Shown here: piece after piece, positions 9,994 to 20,068 of the stretch
Layout of the letters: the number at the start of each line of letters is the position of its first letter
Position numbering within the stretch: the stretch's first letter is position 1
Assembly: GCA_963817915.1 (NCBI GenBank)
Contig: CAWFQL010000006.1
Location: 96,001 to 160,000, forward strand
Source of the DNA: an uncultured candidate division Zixibacteria bacterium
GTDB taxonomy: Bacteria > Zixibacteria > MSB-5A5 > UBA10806
Direction of reading: 5' to 3'
Length of the DNA stretch: 64,000 nucleotides
Translations under genes and position numbers: made by a program
Notes under the pieces: model-generated
Told to the model about the DNA's origin: nothing
The model's input: only the letters and a program-made list of their open reading frames with translations
The model's database searches: none

Positions 9994-10560
9994 ATGAGTG
10001 ATTGCAGCTTTGTATTTCATTACGTCTGTACGCATGAAGAAGCAAAAGAGTTGATTACGAAACATGACAGGTTTTGGGTATCCGATTGCGGATGCCGTGA
10101 GAAAAAGGAATCATGCGGATTTTCAAGAAAAGATATCTGTCTGATTTTCAGAGACGATATCGGGTCAAGCGGCAAAAATATGAAACCGGTATCGCGAGCG
10201 CAGGTTATAGATATAATCCTGGAAGCCGAACATAATAATCTGGTTACCCGGCCATATCGCAACCAGGATAATCCCTCGGTGACCGACGGAATCTGCTTTT
10301 GCTGTAAAGACTGCTGCGATTATTTTCTTAATCCCGATGAAAATAAATGCGATAAGGGCCAAACTATCGAAAAAACCGATATGGCCAAATGCTCTCAATG
10401 CGGCGATTGTGTCGAAGTATGTTATTTCAATGCCCGTAAAATGATCGACGATGAATTGAATGTCAATCGCGACAACTGCTATGGCTGCGGTGTCTGTGTC
10501 GATAATTGCCCTGAGGAATGCATTGCAATGATACCGGCAAATGCTATTGCAAGTCGATAA
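9994..10560 (+). CDS. 4Fe-4S dicluster protein
   Basis: Two CxxCxxCxxxC motifs plus CxCR and CxCCxxCC. Confidence 0.85.
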   Translation: MSDCSFVFHYVCTHEEAKELITKHDRFWVSDCGCREKKESCGFSRKDICLIFRDDIGSSGKNMKPVSRAQVIDIILEAEHNNLVTRPYRNQDNPSVTDGICFCCKDCCDYFLNPDENKCDKGQTIEKTDMAKCSQCGDCVEVCYFNARKMIDDELNVNRDNCYGCGVCVDNCPEECIAMIPANAIASR

Positions 10561-10600
10561 TTCCAGATGAGGTTTACCTAAATATAAAAGGAGAACATCG

Positions 10601-10798
10601 ATGGAACCAAAAGTGATTTTTATTATTATTCTGATAGTTCTGGCCGCGATTGTCATGATCCAGAATACTGACCCGGTCAATATCAAATTGCTTCTTTGGA
10701 CTATCAGCATGTCTCGCGTTCTATTGATTTTGATCTGTCTTCTGCTCGGTATCGGTATTGGATATGTTATGGCGAAATTGAAAGGGAGCTCATCGTAA
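10601..10798 (+). CDS. LapA/DUF1049-like small membrane protein
   Basis: Two TM helices around IQNTDPV; AAGGAG RBS. Confidence 0.7.
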   Translation: MEPKVIFIIILIVLAAIVMIQNTDPVNIKLLLWTISMSRVLLILICLLLGIGIGYVMAKLKGSSS

Positions 10799-10889
10799 TA
10801 TTCATGTTCTTCATCTCCCCAATCGACGGCATCGACGGCATTAAACGAAAACTATCAAAACGCCGATAAAATATTTAGGGTTAATAATC

Positions 10890-11396
10890 ATGGATCAGAA
10901 TATTAGAAAACAGCTTCGAAATCTCCCTTTGTCATCCCTGGAAAAATCTCTCGAATTTGTTAGCGTAATCGGATTGATTCTGGGTATTACTCTCTTATCG
11001 ATATCTTGGTCAGCGCTGCCGGAATCCATGCCGCGCCATTTCAATTTCGCGGGCAGTCCGGATGCCTGGGGCGGAAAAAATATTGAACTTATATTCCCAA
11101 TTATAAGTCTTATTATTTATGCCGGCATCACCATCATGAGCCGATTTCCTCATATTATCAATTACCCGTACCCCCTCACCGCCGAGAATTCCCAAAGACA
11201 GGCATTAATAGGCAGATCATTTTTGTATTGGCTAAAGACAGAAATAATCTGGATATTTCTGTATATTGAATGGGCTACCATTCAGGTTGCGGCCGGCAAG
11301 AGCCAGGGCTTGGGGCTTGGTTTCATGCCAGTATTCCTAATCATTATTTTTGGATCTATCGCTTTATATCTCCGCAAAGCCTACAAAGCCAAATAG
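10890..11396 (+). CDS. DUF1648/SdpI-like membrane protein
   Basis: LPESMPRHFNFAGSPDAWGGK motif, four TM segments. Confidence 0.75.
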   Translation: MDQNIRKQLRNLPLSSLEKSLEFVSVIGLILGITLLSISWSALPESMPRHFNFAGSPDAWGGKNIELIFPIISLIIYAGITIMSRFPHIINYPYPLTAENSQRQALIGRSFLYWLKTEIIWIFLYIEWATIQVAAGKSQGLGLGFMPVFLIIIFGSIALYLRKAYKAK

Positions 11397-11514
11397 AATC
11401 TGAGATAAACATTAATATATTTCGATTTGGCGGTTTGCCAGGAACCCTCCGATATTCTCTTTCGTTTAATATATTGATTATGAATGTCATTAACGAAATA
11501 CCGAGGAGGATATC

Positions 11515-11916
11515 ATGAAAAAGTTAGTGGCCACGATGATGGGGATTGTGCTGCTCTTGGCGGCTGCCAATGTTTATGCCTGTAATGGCGGATCGGCATG
11601 CGTAAAGAAGACTGATGTTAAGAAAAGCGCGTCGATAAACAAGTCTAACAAGGTATTCGCCGGTGTTGATATCTATTCCAAGAATAGAATCGATAACTCA
11701 GCGCCTAGCATATCTCCAGGACAGAAATCCAAATCATTCAATAAGAATTCCAATTCAGCCAAACCTATTCCGGGACCGGTAAAGCCGATATTCAAAGGCA
11801 TTGTCCCGTCGTTATTGCCATATTTCTTGGCTCAGAACGAAGCGGAAATTCAGGCCGAGTTCGCCAGCGTCAACGCTTGGAATTGGAAAGCACCCCAGGA
11901 ATTCGTACAAGAATAA
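11515..11916 (+). CDS. Secreted hypothetical protein
   Basis: GAGGAGG RBS, signal peptide, followed by terminator. Confidence 0.6.
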   Translation: MKKLVATMMGIVLLLAAANVYACNGGSACVKKTDVKKSASINKSNKVFAGVDIYSKNRIDNSAPSISPGQKSKSFNKNSNSAKPIPGPVKPIFKGIVPSLLPYFLAQNEAEIQAEFASVNAWNWKAPQEFVQE

Positions 11917-11943
11917 GCGCACCACCTCATATATTTGCCCAGG

Positions 11944-11980
11944 GCCGGATTCAATTATTGAATCCGGCTTTCTTTATTAT
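11944..11980 (+). terminator. Intrinsic terminator
   Basis: GCCGGATTCAAT/ATTGAATCCGGC stem followed by T-rich tract. Confidence 0.7.
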
Positions 11981-12018
11981 AAATTGCGTAACACCTCCTA
12001 TTATGCTATGCTGAAATT

Positions 12019-12951
12019 GTGGAGAAAAAATACAAATATGATTTAGCGCTGGTGCTGGGCGCTGGCGGCGCGCGCGGACTGGCCCATATCGGAGTCCTCA
12101 AGGTCTTAAAACGAGAAGGCGTCAAGGTCGATCTAATTGTTGGAGCATCTATTGGCGCTGTAATCGGCGGCATGTACGCCCAATGTCTCGACCCCGATAT
12201 TGTCGAGAAAAAGATGCTATCATATATTGAAGGCTTCGGAATCAAAACCAAATGGCTGAATTTTCTGGACGATTCCGATCCCAGAGAACGGCATTTCATG
12301 TTCAGGGATTTAAGCGACTATGTGAAACTTCAGCTTGCAGGTCTCAAAGCCTTGACAACCGCATCACTGGAGGAGGAAGAAGTGCTGTCGGTGCCGCTTA
12401 CTCATTTTCTCGACGATGACATCATTGAAAATTGCAAAATGCCGTTTGCGGCTATCGCGTTGGATTTGGAAAATGGACAAACAGTTGCCCTTACCGAGGG
12501 CTCAATTCTGGACGCTGTATATGCGTCATCGGCGGTGCAGGGTGTCTTCCCTCCGCTGGTCCGTGATGGTTCGATGCTGATCGATGGCGGCGCGGTTGCG
12601 GTCGTACCGGTAGAGGAAGCGAAGAATTTAGGCGCAAGGCAGGTTATTGCAGTCGACGTCTTCCTTGATATTGGCCGAGAAACCAAATTCAATAATAGCC
12701 TTCAGGTCATGATCAGAACCGATATCCTTTGCCAGGACAGGCTCCGCAAGATGGAATTGAAGAATGGCTGAATGTGTTATTACGCCCAATGTCAAAACCA
12801 TCCATTGGGCCAATTTCACCCGCGCCGGGATTGTATTAAACGAGGCGAAATCGCTGCCGAGTTTGCGGTGGCGAACATGAAGAAGTATTCCACATCCGAT
12901 CCTTGGTGGCTCGATCTCTCCTCAGCCCGCTTAAATGAAATAGAAGATTAA
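12019..12951 (+). CDS. Patatin-like phospholipase (two apparent frameshifts near 12763 and 12826)
   Basis: GAGGARG, GASIG, DGG motifs; plausible C-terminus continues in other frames (VITPNV..IHW; IKRGE.AA). Confidence 0.8.
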
Positions 12952-13183
12952 CCAAATGTACTATAGGCTGGAGTGTTTAAAGTGCTGTAGGGTCGCCTGA
13001 CCCGACAGCTTAATTCGAATTCAAATAACCCTTTACCACGTCGTCAGGAATCCCTTCCTGACAATATCAGGTGCGTTGTTCAATTGCGTGTCAAAGCTTG
13101 CTTTGACCGCAATTGCTTCTCAGCGTCGTTAAGCAACTCTTCCTGCCGACAGCATGCGATCCAAAGTCAGCCCCTCAAAATCA

Positions 13184-13211
13184 AAAAGCCCCGCGCGATT
13201 CGGGGCTTTTT
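13184..13211. terminator. Bidirectional intrinsic terminator
   Basis: AAAAAGCCCCG...CGGGGCTTTTT between convergent genes. Confidence 0.75.
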
Positions 13212-13245
13212 ATTTTCTTGAAATCAACGGCAAACTCAGAAGAGG

Positions 13246-13431
13246 CTAATATTCATCTTCCTCGTAATTTTCGTCTTCAAAATCCTCTTCCAATTCATCC
13301 ATCTCATCTTCAGAATCGAGTCCGAAACGCTCTTCAGAATCAGCGTCGGCGCACTCTTTACTGCAGTACATCTCACCATCGCGACGATACGCCTTGCCGC
13401 TGAAATCTATGCCGCAGTAAGCGCATTCCAT
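13246..13431 (-). CDS. Small treble-clef/TRASH-like Zn-finger protein with acidic tail
   Basis: CAYC...YCSKEC, D/E-rich tail, AGGAGG RBS. Confidence 0.75.
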   Translation of the reverse strand: MECAYCGIDFSGKAYRRDGEMYCSKECADADSEERFGLDSEDEMDELEEDFEDENYEEDEY

Positions 13432-13970
13432 AACAATTCCTCCTGAAACTTCAATTTATTTAATAAATTAGACTTTTCTTCATTTTGCTGCCAGCTAAAC
13501 CATATGCCCTGATATTCTTCGTCATAATGAGCGCAAAGTTTATCTAATTTTATGATACTTTTCGGAAATTTTCCGGCTACCTCCTGATCCTCGCCACCTT
13601 TCAACATGGCATGACAGTTTTTTGTTCCAGTATATTTTTAATCCGCAAAAAATCACTCATAGATATCCAAGTTCGTATCATTCAAATGGTTCCGTAAACA
13701 AATTAGCCCTCAGACCGTTATTTACCCCTCTAAAATCCGCAATTAGGGTCTGAGGCTCCAATTGTCAATATATTTTTTAATAAATCTGGCAATTTTGATT
13801 CCGTCGGAATAATGCCCGGATTGGCAAGGCGGGGCGCGCCAAATCATAGGGAGAAAAATATAAGCCGATTTTTCAGATTTATATTGACATTGATATTCAT
13901 TATCGCAATGATAATCAGGAAAATGTCGTGCCCGTTTGCGGCACAGAGGTAAACAAAAAAAGGAGTGGAT

Positions 13971-14357
13971 ATGAACAGGATAGTACATTGGGAACTGCAG
14001 ACGACAGATCCCCAGAAAGCCAAAAATTTCTATGAGCCGTTATTTGGCTGGAAACTCGATTACATGAAGGACATGAATTATGTCGTTGTAAAAACAGAAG
14101 ACCGGCCCGACGGCGTTGGCCCTGACGGTGTCATGGGCGTGGGCGGCGGCATGACTATTGTCAAACAAGTACAGCCATCAGGAACTATCCTTTATGTAGG
14201 AGTCGATGAGATCGATACTACCCTCAAGAAGGCCGAGAAATTGGGCGCCAAGGTAGTGACTCCAAAAAGCCCTATACCCACAGTTGGCTTTTTCGGAATG
14301 CTACTCGATCCGGAAGGCAATAAGATCGGCCTTTTTACCCCGGAAAAGAAGTCGTAA
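13971..14357 (+). CDS. VOC/glyoxalase family protein
   Basis: IVHWEL, FYE.LFGW, DPEGNKIGL motifs. Confidence 0.88.
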   Translation: MNRIVHWELQTTDPQKAKNFYEPLFGWKLDYMKDMNYVVVKTEDRPDGVGPDGVMGVGGGMTIVKQVQPSGTILYVGVDEIDTTLKKAEKLGAKVVTPKSPIPTVGFFGMLLDPEGNKIGLFTPEKKS

Positions 14358-14379
14358 TGTCATTTTCAAATCCGCGATT

Positions 14380-14410
14380 AGGGGGCGATAATAGATCGCC
14401 CCTTTTTATT
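14380..14410 (+). terminator. Intrinsic terminator
   Basis: AGGGGGCGAT/ATCGCCCCT stem plus T tract. Confidence 0.7.
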
Positions 14411-14502
14411 TAATAACTAAAACGGGATAAAAACCCAAAAGGAATGCACCGATCCCTCACTTTACCCTTGCTTCAATTCAATGCCCATACTAAAATCGTC
14501 CC

Positions 14503-15718
14503 ATGAATTTTAGATCGACATGGGAATGGTTTCCCAGGCTTTTCAATACTCGCTGGTATTTCTCCCTGATTATTATCTTCGTCATGCTTCAGATTTTTCT
14601 ATTTGGCGAATTTCATAATCATCGATTCCTGCAAAATGACTTCAAGGTATACTACCGTGCAGCCGAGCGAATAGTTCAGGGCGAAAACCTGTATCGAGGC
14701 GATATCGATGGGTTTTACAAATACAAATACTCGCCGACAGCGTCTATATACTTTATACCATTTGCGGCCTTCCCGGTCGAGGTGGCCAAGATCCTATACT
14801 GGCTGTTTCTATCGACCGTCATCTGTTTCGGCTTCTATCTGGGCATAAAGATAATACTTCCGGATTTTCTCAGTCTGCCGCCATCGAAAGTTAATAGCAT
14901 TATTTTAATTTCCGCCCTGATTCTTGGCGTCTGCATCGAACGAGAAATCCATTTGGGGCAGGTCAACCACATCCTGCTGGTGCTTTATATGTCAGTATTC
15001 TATCTCCATAGCAAAGGCAAAATTAATGACGTCGTCGTTGATACTGGCGGCCACGATATTTTTCAAACCTTTCGGATTTATTTTCATCCCCTACTATTTG
15101 GTACGACGCCAATTCAAGATGGTCGGATTTTTCACGCTATTTCTAATCGTGCTGGCAATAGCTCCCGCGATATTCTTCGGATTCAGCAATCTGCAGGGGC
15201 AGTATCAGAATTGGTTCTTTGAAATCTCGGCCGAGCTCGCCAAAAAACAGACTCTGCTTGAGAATGCCAATCATTCAATATTTTCAATTCTGGCCAGGTA
15301 TACACCGCTAAGACTGATCGATTTCACCCCGGAGCTGACCAAAATATATCAGTTGATAGTAACCTCGCTCATCGGGATATTTTTTCTTTTTCTCTATTTC
15401 AAGGGGAAGGATATCGAGAGAAGATTCGTCCTGGAATCAGCGTTTATCATGGGGCTGATTCCGGCGCTGTCATATACCAGCTACAACGCCTACGGCTTCA
15501 TGGAATTGGCGGTTCTTCTAATTGTGATTAATTATAGGCAACTGCCGAAGTGGACTCGCATCGTGGCGATTGTCGGTTTTGTTTTTTCCGCTATTAATAT
15601 GTTCGATCTCGTGGGACGGAAAAATTGGGTGATTCTGAATGATATCTCGCTGATCGCAGTCGGAGCTTTAATTCTGATGATAGTCTTATCGATAATTCGT
15701 TTTCGCAAAATTGCATAA
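14503..15718 (+). CDS. GT87/DUF2029-like membrane glycosyltransferase (frameshift near 15020)
   Basis: DFKVYY..A, YKYSP, GQVN, IFFKP motifs across two overlapping ORFs; extra A in a homopolymer. Confidence 0.8.
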
Positions 15719-15728
15719 TTAGATTTTA

Positions 15729-17072
15729 TTAGAATCTCCCCACCGATGGCCGTATTATCGGGGCTTCGGATCCTCGCTGCCTTACCTGCCATAGAGCTAA
15801 TGCCAACGCGCAGACTCCATCGCCGACATTGGTATAGGATTTATCCATAGCGCGGATTTCATCGGTCAGGCTCCAGCTACCGCCATTGTCATCTGGGCAC
15901 TCAATGTGATTCCAGACAACTTCGCCCGCGAATATCGCCCGTTCGAAATTGGCCAAAAGCAGATCTCGATTGCCGCCTCCAAAATTAAAACCGATCGCCC
16001 CGATATCATCCAATTCCGAGAGAACAACATCGCCCAGGCCGGTGGAATCTATGATGGTCACGCCGCCATACTTATTATGAATATCCTTGATCATCTTAAT
16101 TGTAGTCGGCCATTCCCGCTGCATACGGATTATATTCATCACTTGGAACGGCTTGCTTGTGGCGTCAATAGTGATGCCAACCGTGTGCGTTACTTTTCGT
16201 GCTAAATCCCAGCCGTGGATAAAGAAATTATCCGAGCCGATGATAATTTTATCGTTCTGATTTTTCTCAATCAGACATCTTTCAATCACTTCTTCTGGGA
16301 ATAATCTCCCCTCGAATGACGCGAACCGCCCATAGAGATGCTGCTGAGCCCGTGCCTGCGATATATTTCCCTTCAGTTGGTCGAGATATTGGCGCGAAAG
16401 ATATGGATTTTCGAATGTTGCCCCTTGATGGAGATACCCTCGTCGCTCCTTTTCGATTGCCTGGCACCGTTTGAAAAACCAATTGAGGCCGTTCGGGGTC
16501 GATGAAAAATCAAGCGTCCCTCCCCTGTCGGCCAGACGCATTTTGATAACACCATCCACCACCCACTCGCCAAACGGCTCATACGCCGCCTCATCGAAAT
16601 TGATATAATCGAAATCATGGCCCAGCAGATATTCCCCTCGGTTATTGGTAGAGCGAGCCCATAACTCCGAGCCATTCTTGAATTCTATATGGGGAAATGG
16701 CGTTTGTTTGATAGAATGCACGAGCGCCATAAGATGATTCGACCTGCCAAGTAGATCTATGACCTTAAGAAATATTATCGATGACTGATCCTGCGTGATG
16801 GAAACATTGGCACAACGATAATACCCCGGCTTGTCGAATTTGGTAGGGCGGATTTGAAAGATTGCCCTGTGAATCAGCTTGACCGCCTGAATTTGTGATT
16901 TCCCCCAACGGTTGCCGGTCACAAGCGCATTTTCGACACCTGTAGAATTATTCAGCCATTTCGCCTGGCCCTCATGAGGATTTATTTTCAGAAATGATTT
17001 TGCAAAATAAACAATATCATTCACCGCCCGCCGCCAACTGCGGCAGGTAATTTCATCAGGTTTATCTATCAT
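15729..17072 (-). CDS. Phage-type terminase large subunit
   Basis: Walker A GNRWGKS, Walker B INFDEAA, coupling motif SSTPNG, RNase H-like nuclease GWDLA / IDSTG / GDGVCAL. Confidence 0.9.
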   Translation of the reverse strand: MIDKPDEITCRSWRRAVNDIVYFAKSFLKINPHEGQAKWLNNSTGVENALVTGNRWGKSQIQAVKLIHRAIFQIRPTKFDKPGYYRCANVSITQDQSSIIFLKVIDLLGRSNHLMALVHSIKQTPFPHIEFKNGSELWARSTNNRGEYLLGHDFDYINFDEAAYEPFGEWVVDGVIKMRLADRGGTLDFSSTPNGLNWFFKRCQAIEKERRGYLHQGATFENPYLSRQYLDQLKGNISQARAQQHLYGRFASFEGRLFPEEVIERCLIEKNQNDKIIIGSDNFFIHGWDLARKVTHTVGITIDATSKPFQVMNIIRMQREWPTTIKMIKDIHNKYGGVTIIDSTGLGDVVLSELDDIGAIGFNFGGGNRDLLLANFERAIFAGEVVWNHIECPDDNGGSWSLTDEIRAMDKSYTNVGDGVCALALALWQVRQRGSEAPIIRPSVGRF

Positions 17073-17110
17073 TTTAAATCAAACACCAAAATGAGTGACT
17101 TTTGGCATTG

Positions 17111-17719
17111 TTATTGGCTATTGGCCACCGGTTTTGATATTGAATTTGTCATATTCTCGCGCGCCAATTCCTCTTTTCTGATTTCCGAAAGAATTTCCAA
17201 AAGCAGCTTTTCATTTTGCGAGCCCTCGGAAATTTTCTGTTTGATCTCAATCGCTTTGAATGCCGAATCGATCTTGAGTTCGATTTCGCCATCAACCAGT
17301 TTTTTATAAACCATATCGCGAACAGTATCGAGTAATAGCTGATCGCTGATAACGAGCGGCTGGATAATTTTTTTATTAGCGTTAATAGCGTCGTCAGGAA
17401 CCCTTTCCTGACGATTAACCTGCATCTTTGCATCTTCAGGAATCCTTTCCTGACGACCAACTAGTGTCTTCTTCGCATCGCTGCTACCAATGCCGCCGGT
17501 GCTTTTGGGTTCGACAGGCCTAATAGTCTTTTCAGCTTTAGTCTTGCAGTCCTCTTGCTTAATATGATTTGCCCTATGCTTCGCCAATGAGAACCGACTG
17601 ATCGGCACTCCATTGCTCTTGGCCCATTGAATAACACCATCGACTTTGCCAGGCATGTCCCTTTTTTCTATTTCATTTCTCAATGACGAGGCGCATATGG
17701 CGCATGTTTCGATCGGCAT
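17111..17719 (-). CDS. Putative terminase small subunit (N-terminal CxxC...HxxxH Zn-HTH, helical C-terminus)
   Basis: CAIC...LAKHRANHI; lies between portal and TerL; starts 1 nt after the portal stop. Confidence 0.6.
   Translation of the reverse strand: MPIETCAICASSLRNEIEKRDMPGKVDGVIQWAKSNGVPISRFSLAKHRANHIKQEDCKTKAEKTIRPVEPKSTGGIGSSDAKKTLVGRQERIPEDAKMQVNRQERVPDDAINANKKIIQPLVISDQLLLDTVRDMVYKKLVDGEIELKIDSAFKAIEIKQKISEGSQNEKLLLEILSEIRKEELARENMTNSISKPVANSQ
17391..17456. repeat. Two in-frame copies (42-bp period) of a REP-like palindrome inside the TerS-like gene
   Basis: TCGTCAGGAA-CCCT-TTCCTGACGA; related intergenic copies at 13041-13064 and 26729-26752. Confidence 0.75.
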
Positions 17720-17720
17720 A

Positions 17721-19010
17721 TCAGCTTTCCTCCTCGGCTACGAAAATCCGTTCGCGGGCTTCTTCTTTGGTCAGCAGGCCTGCCTTGAAAAGCTCCATGA
17801 CTCGTTCAGCGGCTTCGTGTTCACTGCGATATTTCTCGAATATATTATCGATCCCGTTATTGTCGAAACGGACTTCAGCCCTGATGTCGTGTCCCTCATG
17901 CTTGAGATAGTTATTGATGAGCCATTCGAAAAATCTGATGGCCAGTTTTTGAACCGAGACTATTTGTCTTAATACCAGTTCATATTTGAACCCCGCCCAG
18001 GTTTGAGTAGTGCCAAATGAGTACCCGAGCATGAATGGATCGAGATGAACTCCGGCGCAGATATCCTCTACCAGAGCCCGATGAGATAGATACCACGCGC
18101 TCGTGGCAGGAGTCGCGCCGCTGCCGGGGCCAATAGTCTTGATTTCGATATCATCCCAGGTCACCGCGGAATCCGAGGGCTTGATGCCGGAAAAGAGTTT
18201 GACCGTATCGTCGAAATAGTCATTGGCCCTATCTATATAATTTGGCTCCGATTCGCCCATCCTGCGTTCCGGCTTCTTGATAAGCACATGCATGCGATTA
18301 TATCCGGCCTTCTCCTGCGATTTCTGCATATCATCGAGTAGCTTCTGCTCCAAGCGGCTTACAAAACCAATTGATTGCAATATGCTCTTGCCGCGCGGAT
18401 CCGAAACATCGTCATCAAGCGGGATATAAATAAAACTCGATTGGTCGGCGAGAATCTTCTCATTATAGGAATCTATATAGATTTTCAATTCATCTTCATT
18501 TTCGAAGACCAACTTACGCAAATCGACTGCCGAGAATCCGTTGATACCGCCCGATTCCGAAAGATCTATATTCCCCGCGAAGGCGCCATCCACAAAGAGG
18601 CTATTGAAGAAAAGATCGGATAATCTTTGCAGGCCCCCGGTTTTATAATATTGATTCGGCGCCAATTTATTATTGAGCTCGTCAATTGCATCACGCAATT
18701 TCGCCTTGTTTCTCTCGGTGATATTTTCCGCCAGATGAATTTCCATCGGGCTTGAGCACAGCCTGACCCATACCCATATCGCGCCGTTGATGACAGGAAT
18801 ATTCTCACGCAAAAAGCGATACAAAGTCACCCGCTCATTGTAGCTATAATCATCAGGGAAACTTATCATCGCTTGTTTGTTAGCCAGACCGGCGCCGGGC
18901 CTGGTGCGGGCATGATGGTGCGGTTTATTGGCAGGCGCGCGTTGCGACAAAGCCGTCGATGGAATTTGCTTAGATTTACCTGTTTTTTTGAAAAATGGTA
19001 TCTTGATCAT
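17721..19010 (-). CDS. Phage portal-like protein
   Basis: 429 aa; PRGKSIL, ICAG..LDP.MLG and terminal GLLTKEEAR motifs typical of portals; AGGAG RBS; linked to TerL. Confidence 0.8.
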   Translation of the reverse strand: MIKIPFFKKTGKSKQIPSTALSQRAPANKPHHHARTRPGAGLANKQAMISFPDDYSYNERVTLYRFLRENIPVINGAIWVWVRLCSSPMEIHLAENITERNKAKLRDAIDELNNKLAPNQYYKTGGLQRLSDLFFNSLFVDGAFAGNIDLSESGGINGFSAVDLRKLVFENEDELKIYIDSYNEKILADQSSFIYIPLDDDVSDPRGKSILQSIGFVSRLEQKLLDDMQKSQEKAGYNRMHVLIKKPERRMGESEPNYIDRANDYFDDTVKLFSGIKPSDSAVTWDDIEIKTIGPGSGATPATSAWYLSHRALVEDICAGVHLDPFMLGYSFGTTQTWAGFKYELVLRQIVSVQKLAIRFFEWLINNYLKHEGHDIRAEVRFDNNGIDNIFEKYRSEHEAAERVMELFKAGLLTKEEARERIFVAEEES

Positions 19011-19139
19011 CGCCTCTCCTTTGGCAAGAAAACGTTTCGACTAGTCATTCCACCTTTAGGCTATTTTAATAATAAATGCTCATTGAACTCTTTTTGAGAT
19101 TTATCCCGCATAAAATCCGATTTGTTTAGTGAACCCGCG

Positions 19140-19206
19140 GCGAGTCAGGGCTTGCCCTGACCGCCCCCGACTAATTAAGATGCGGTCACGTCAAGACGTG
19201 ACTCGC
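19140..19206. repeat. Inverted REP-like doublet
   Basis: GCGAGTCAGGGCTTGCCCTGACCGC and GCGGTCACGTCAAGACGTGACTCGC hairpins. Confidence 0.55.
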
Positions 19207-19302
19207 AGGAATAAGGTTTCTGATTCATTCGGCGATTGACCGTCAATGAATAATCTCGTAATATTTCAACCAATGCATCTAAACCATTTCAGGAGGATTA
19301 TT

Positions 19303-19875
19303 GTGAAAAAATTTAATTGGACGAAAGAATCACTTATGTTCTTATTGGCAATAGCCGCGATCTTTTTATTTACATCTTACCCCGCTAAAGCCGATTCAAC
19401 ATCCACAAATAACTTCATGAGCGTAACCAGTTTCAACCAGATCAAATATCTTCTCGGCGAATGGGTTGGCGAAGGCGGCGGTGATCCCGGACAGGGAGTT
19501 GGAGGATTCTCTTTCAACATGGATTTGCAGGGAAAGATAATGACCCGGAAAAATTACGCCGAATATCCGTCAACAAAAGATAAACCGGCATATAGGCATG
19601 ATGATTTTATGGTCTTATACCAGGAGAATACTTCATCACCCATGAAGGCTATTTACTGGGATAACGAGGGTCATGTGATTAATTATGCTATTGAGATTTC
19701 GAGCGATCAAAAATCAATAATCTTCACCAGTGACAAATCGGCGAATACCCCCCAATTCCGACTAACCTATGTTAAATCCGACGACAAAAATATAGGGATT
19801 GTTTTCGAAATTGCCCCGCCAAATATGCCTGATGAATTTTCGAGATACTTAGAGGCATCCGCGCACAGGAAATAA
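19303..19875 (+). CDS. Secreted lipocalin-like beta-barrel hypothetical protein
   Basis: AGGAGG RBS before GTG 19303; signal peptide; LLGEWVGEG and YWDNEGH motifs. Confidence 0.65.
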   Translation: MKKFNWTKESLMFLLAIAAIFLFTSYPAKADSTSTNNFMSVTSFNQIKYLLGEWVGEGGGDPGQGVGGFSFNMDLQGKIMTRKNYAEYPSTKDKPAYRHDDFMVLYQENTSSPMKAIYWDNEGHVINYAIEISSDQKSIIFTSDKSANTPQFRLTYVKSDDKNIGIVFEIAPPNMPDEFSRYLEASAHRK

Positions 19876-19888
19876 GATTTCCAAAGAA

Positions 19889-19916
19889 GTAGAGACGCAA
19901 GATTTTGCGTCTCTAC
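19889..19916. repeat. GTAG...CTAC REP palindrome
   Basis: GTAGAGACGCAA-GATT-TTGCGTCTCTAC; next to a decayed copy (about 19925-20002) of the 33686-33761 element. Confidence 0.75.
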
Positions 19917-20068
19917 AAGATATTGTAATTCCGAACCCCTGCGGTTCGGACTCTTTATTATCAACTCTATACAGGCAGAAGGAACCACGAGGATTCTCTC
20001 TATCAACCATCATTTTTCCTGATCGGGGAACATATTTTGACATTTGGCGATTTTTAATAGTAATTGAT

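Noticed and set aside
12769..12771. Patatin TGA as selenocysteine
   Set aside because: The plausible continuation is in a different frame and there is no Cys-motif context; explained by an indel
13432..13970. Riboswitch or ncRNA in the long intergenic region
   Set aside because: Only short inverted repeats (about 13701-13716 / 13747-13763); no aptamer consensus I can recognise; needs an Rfam scan
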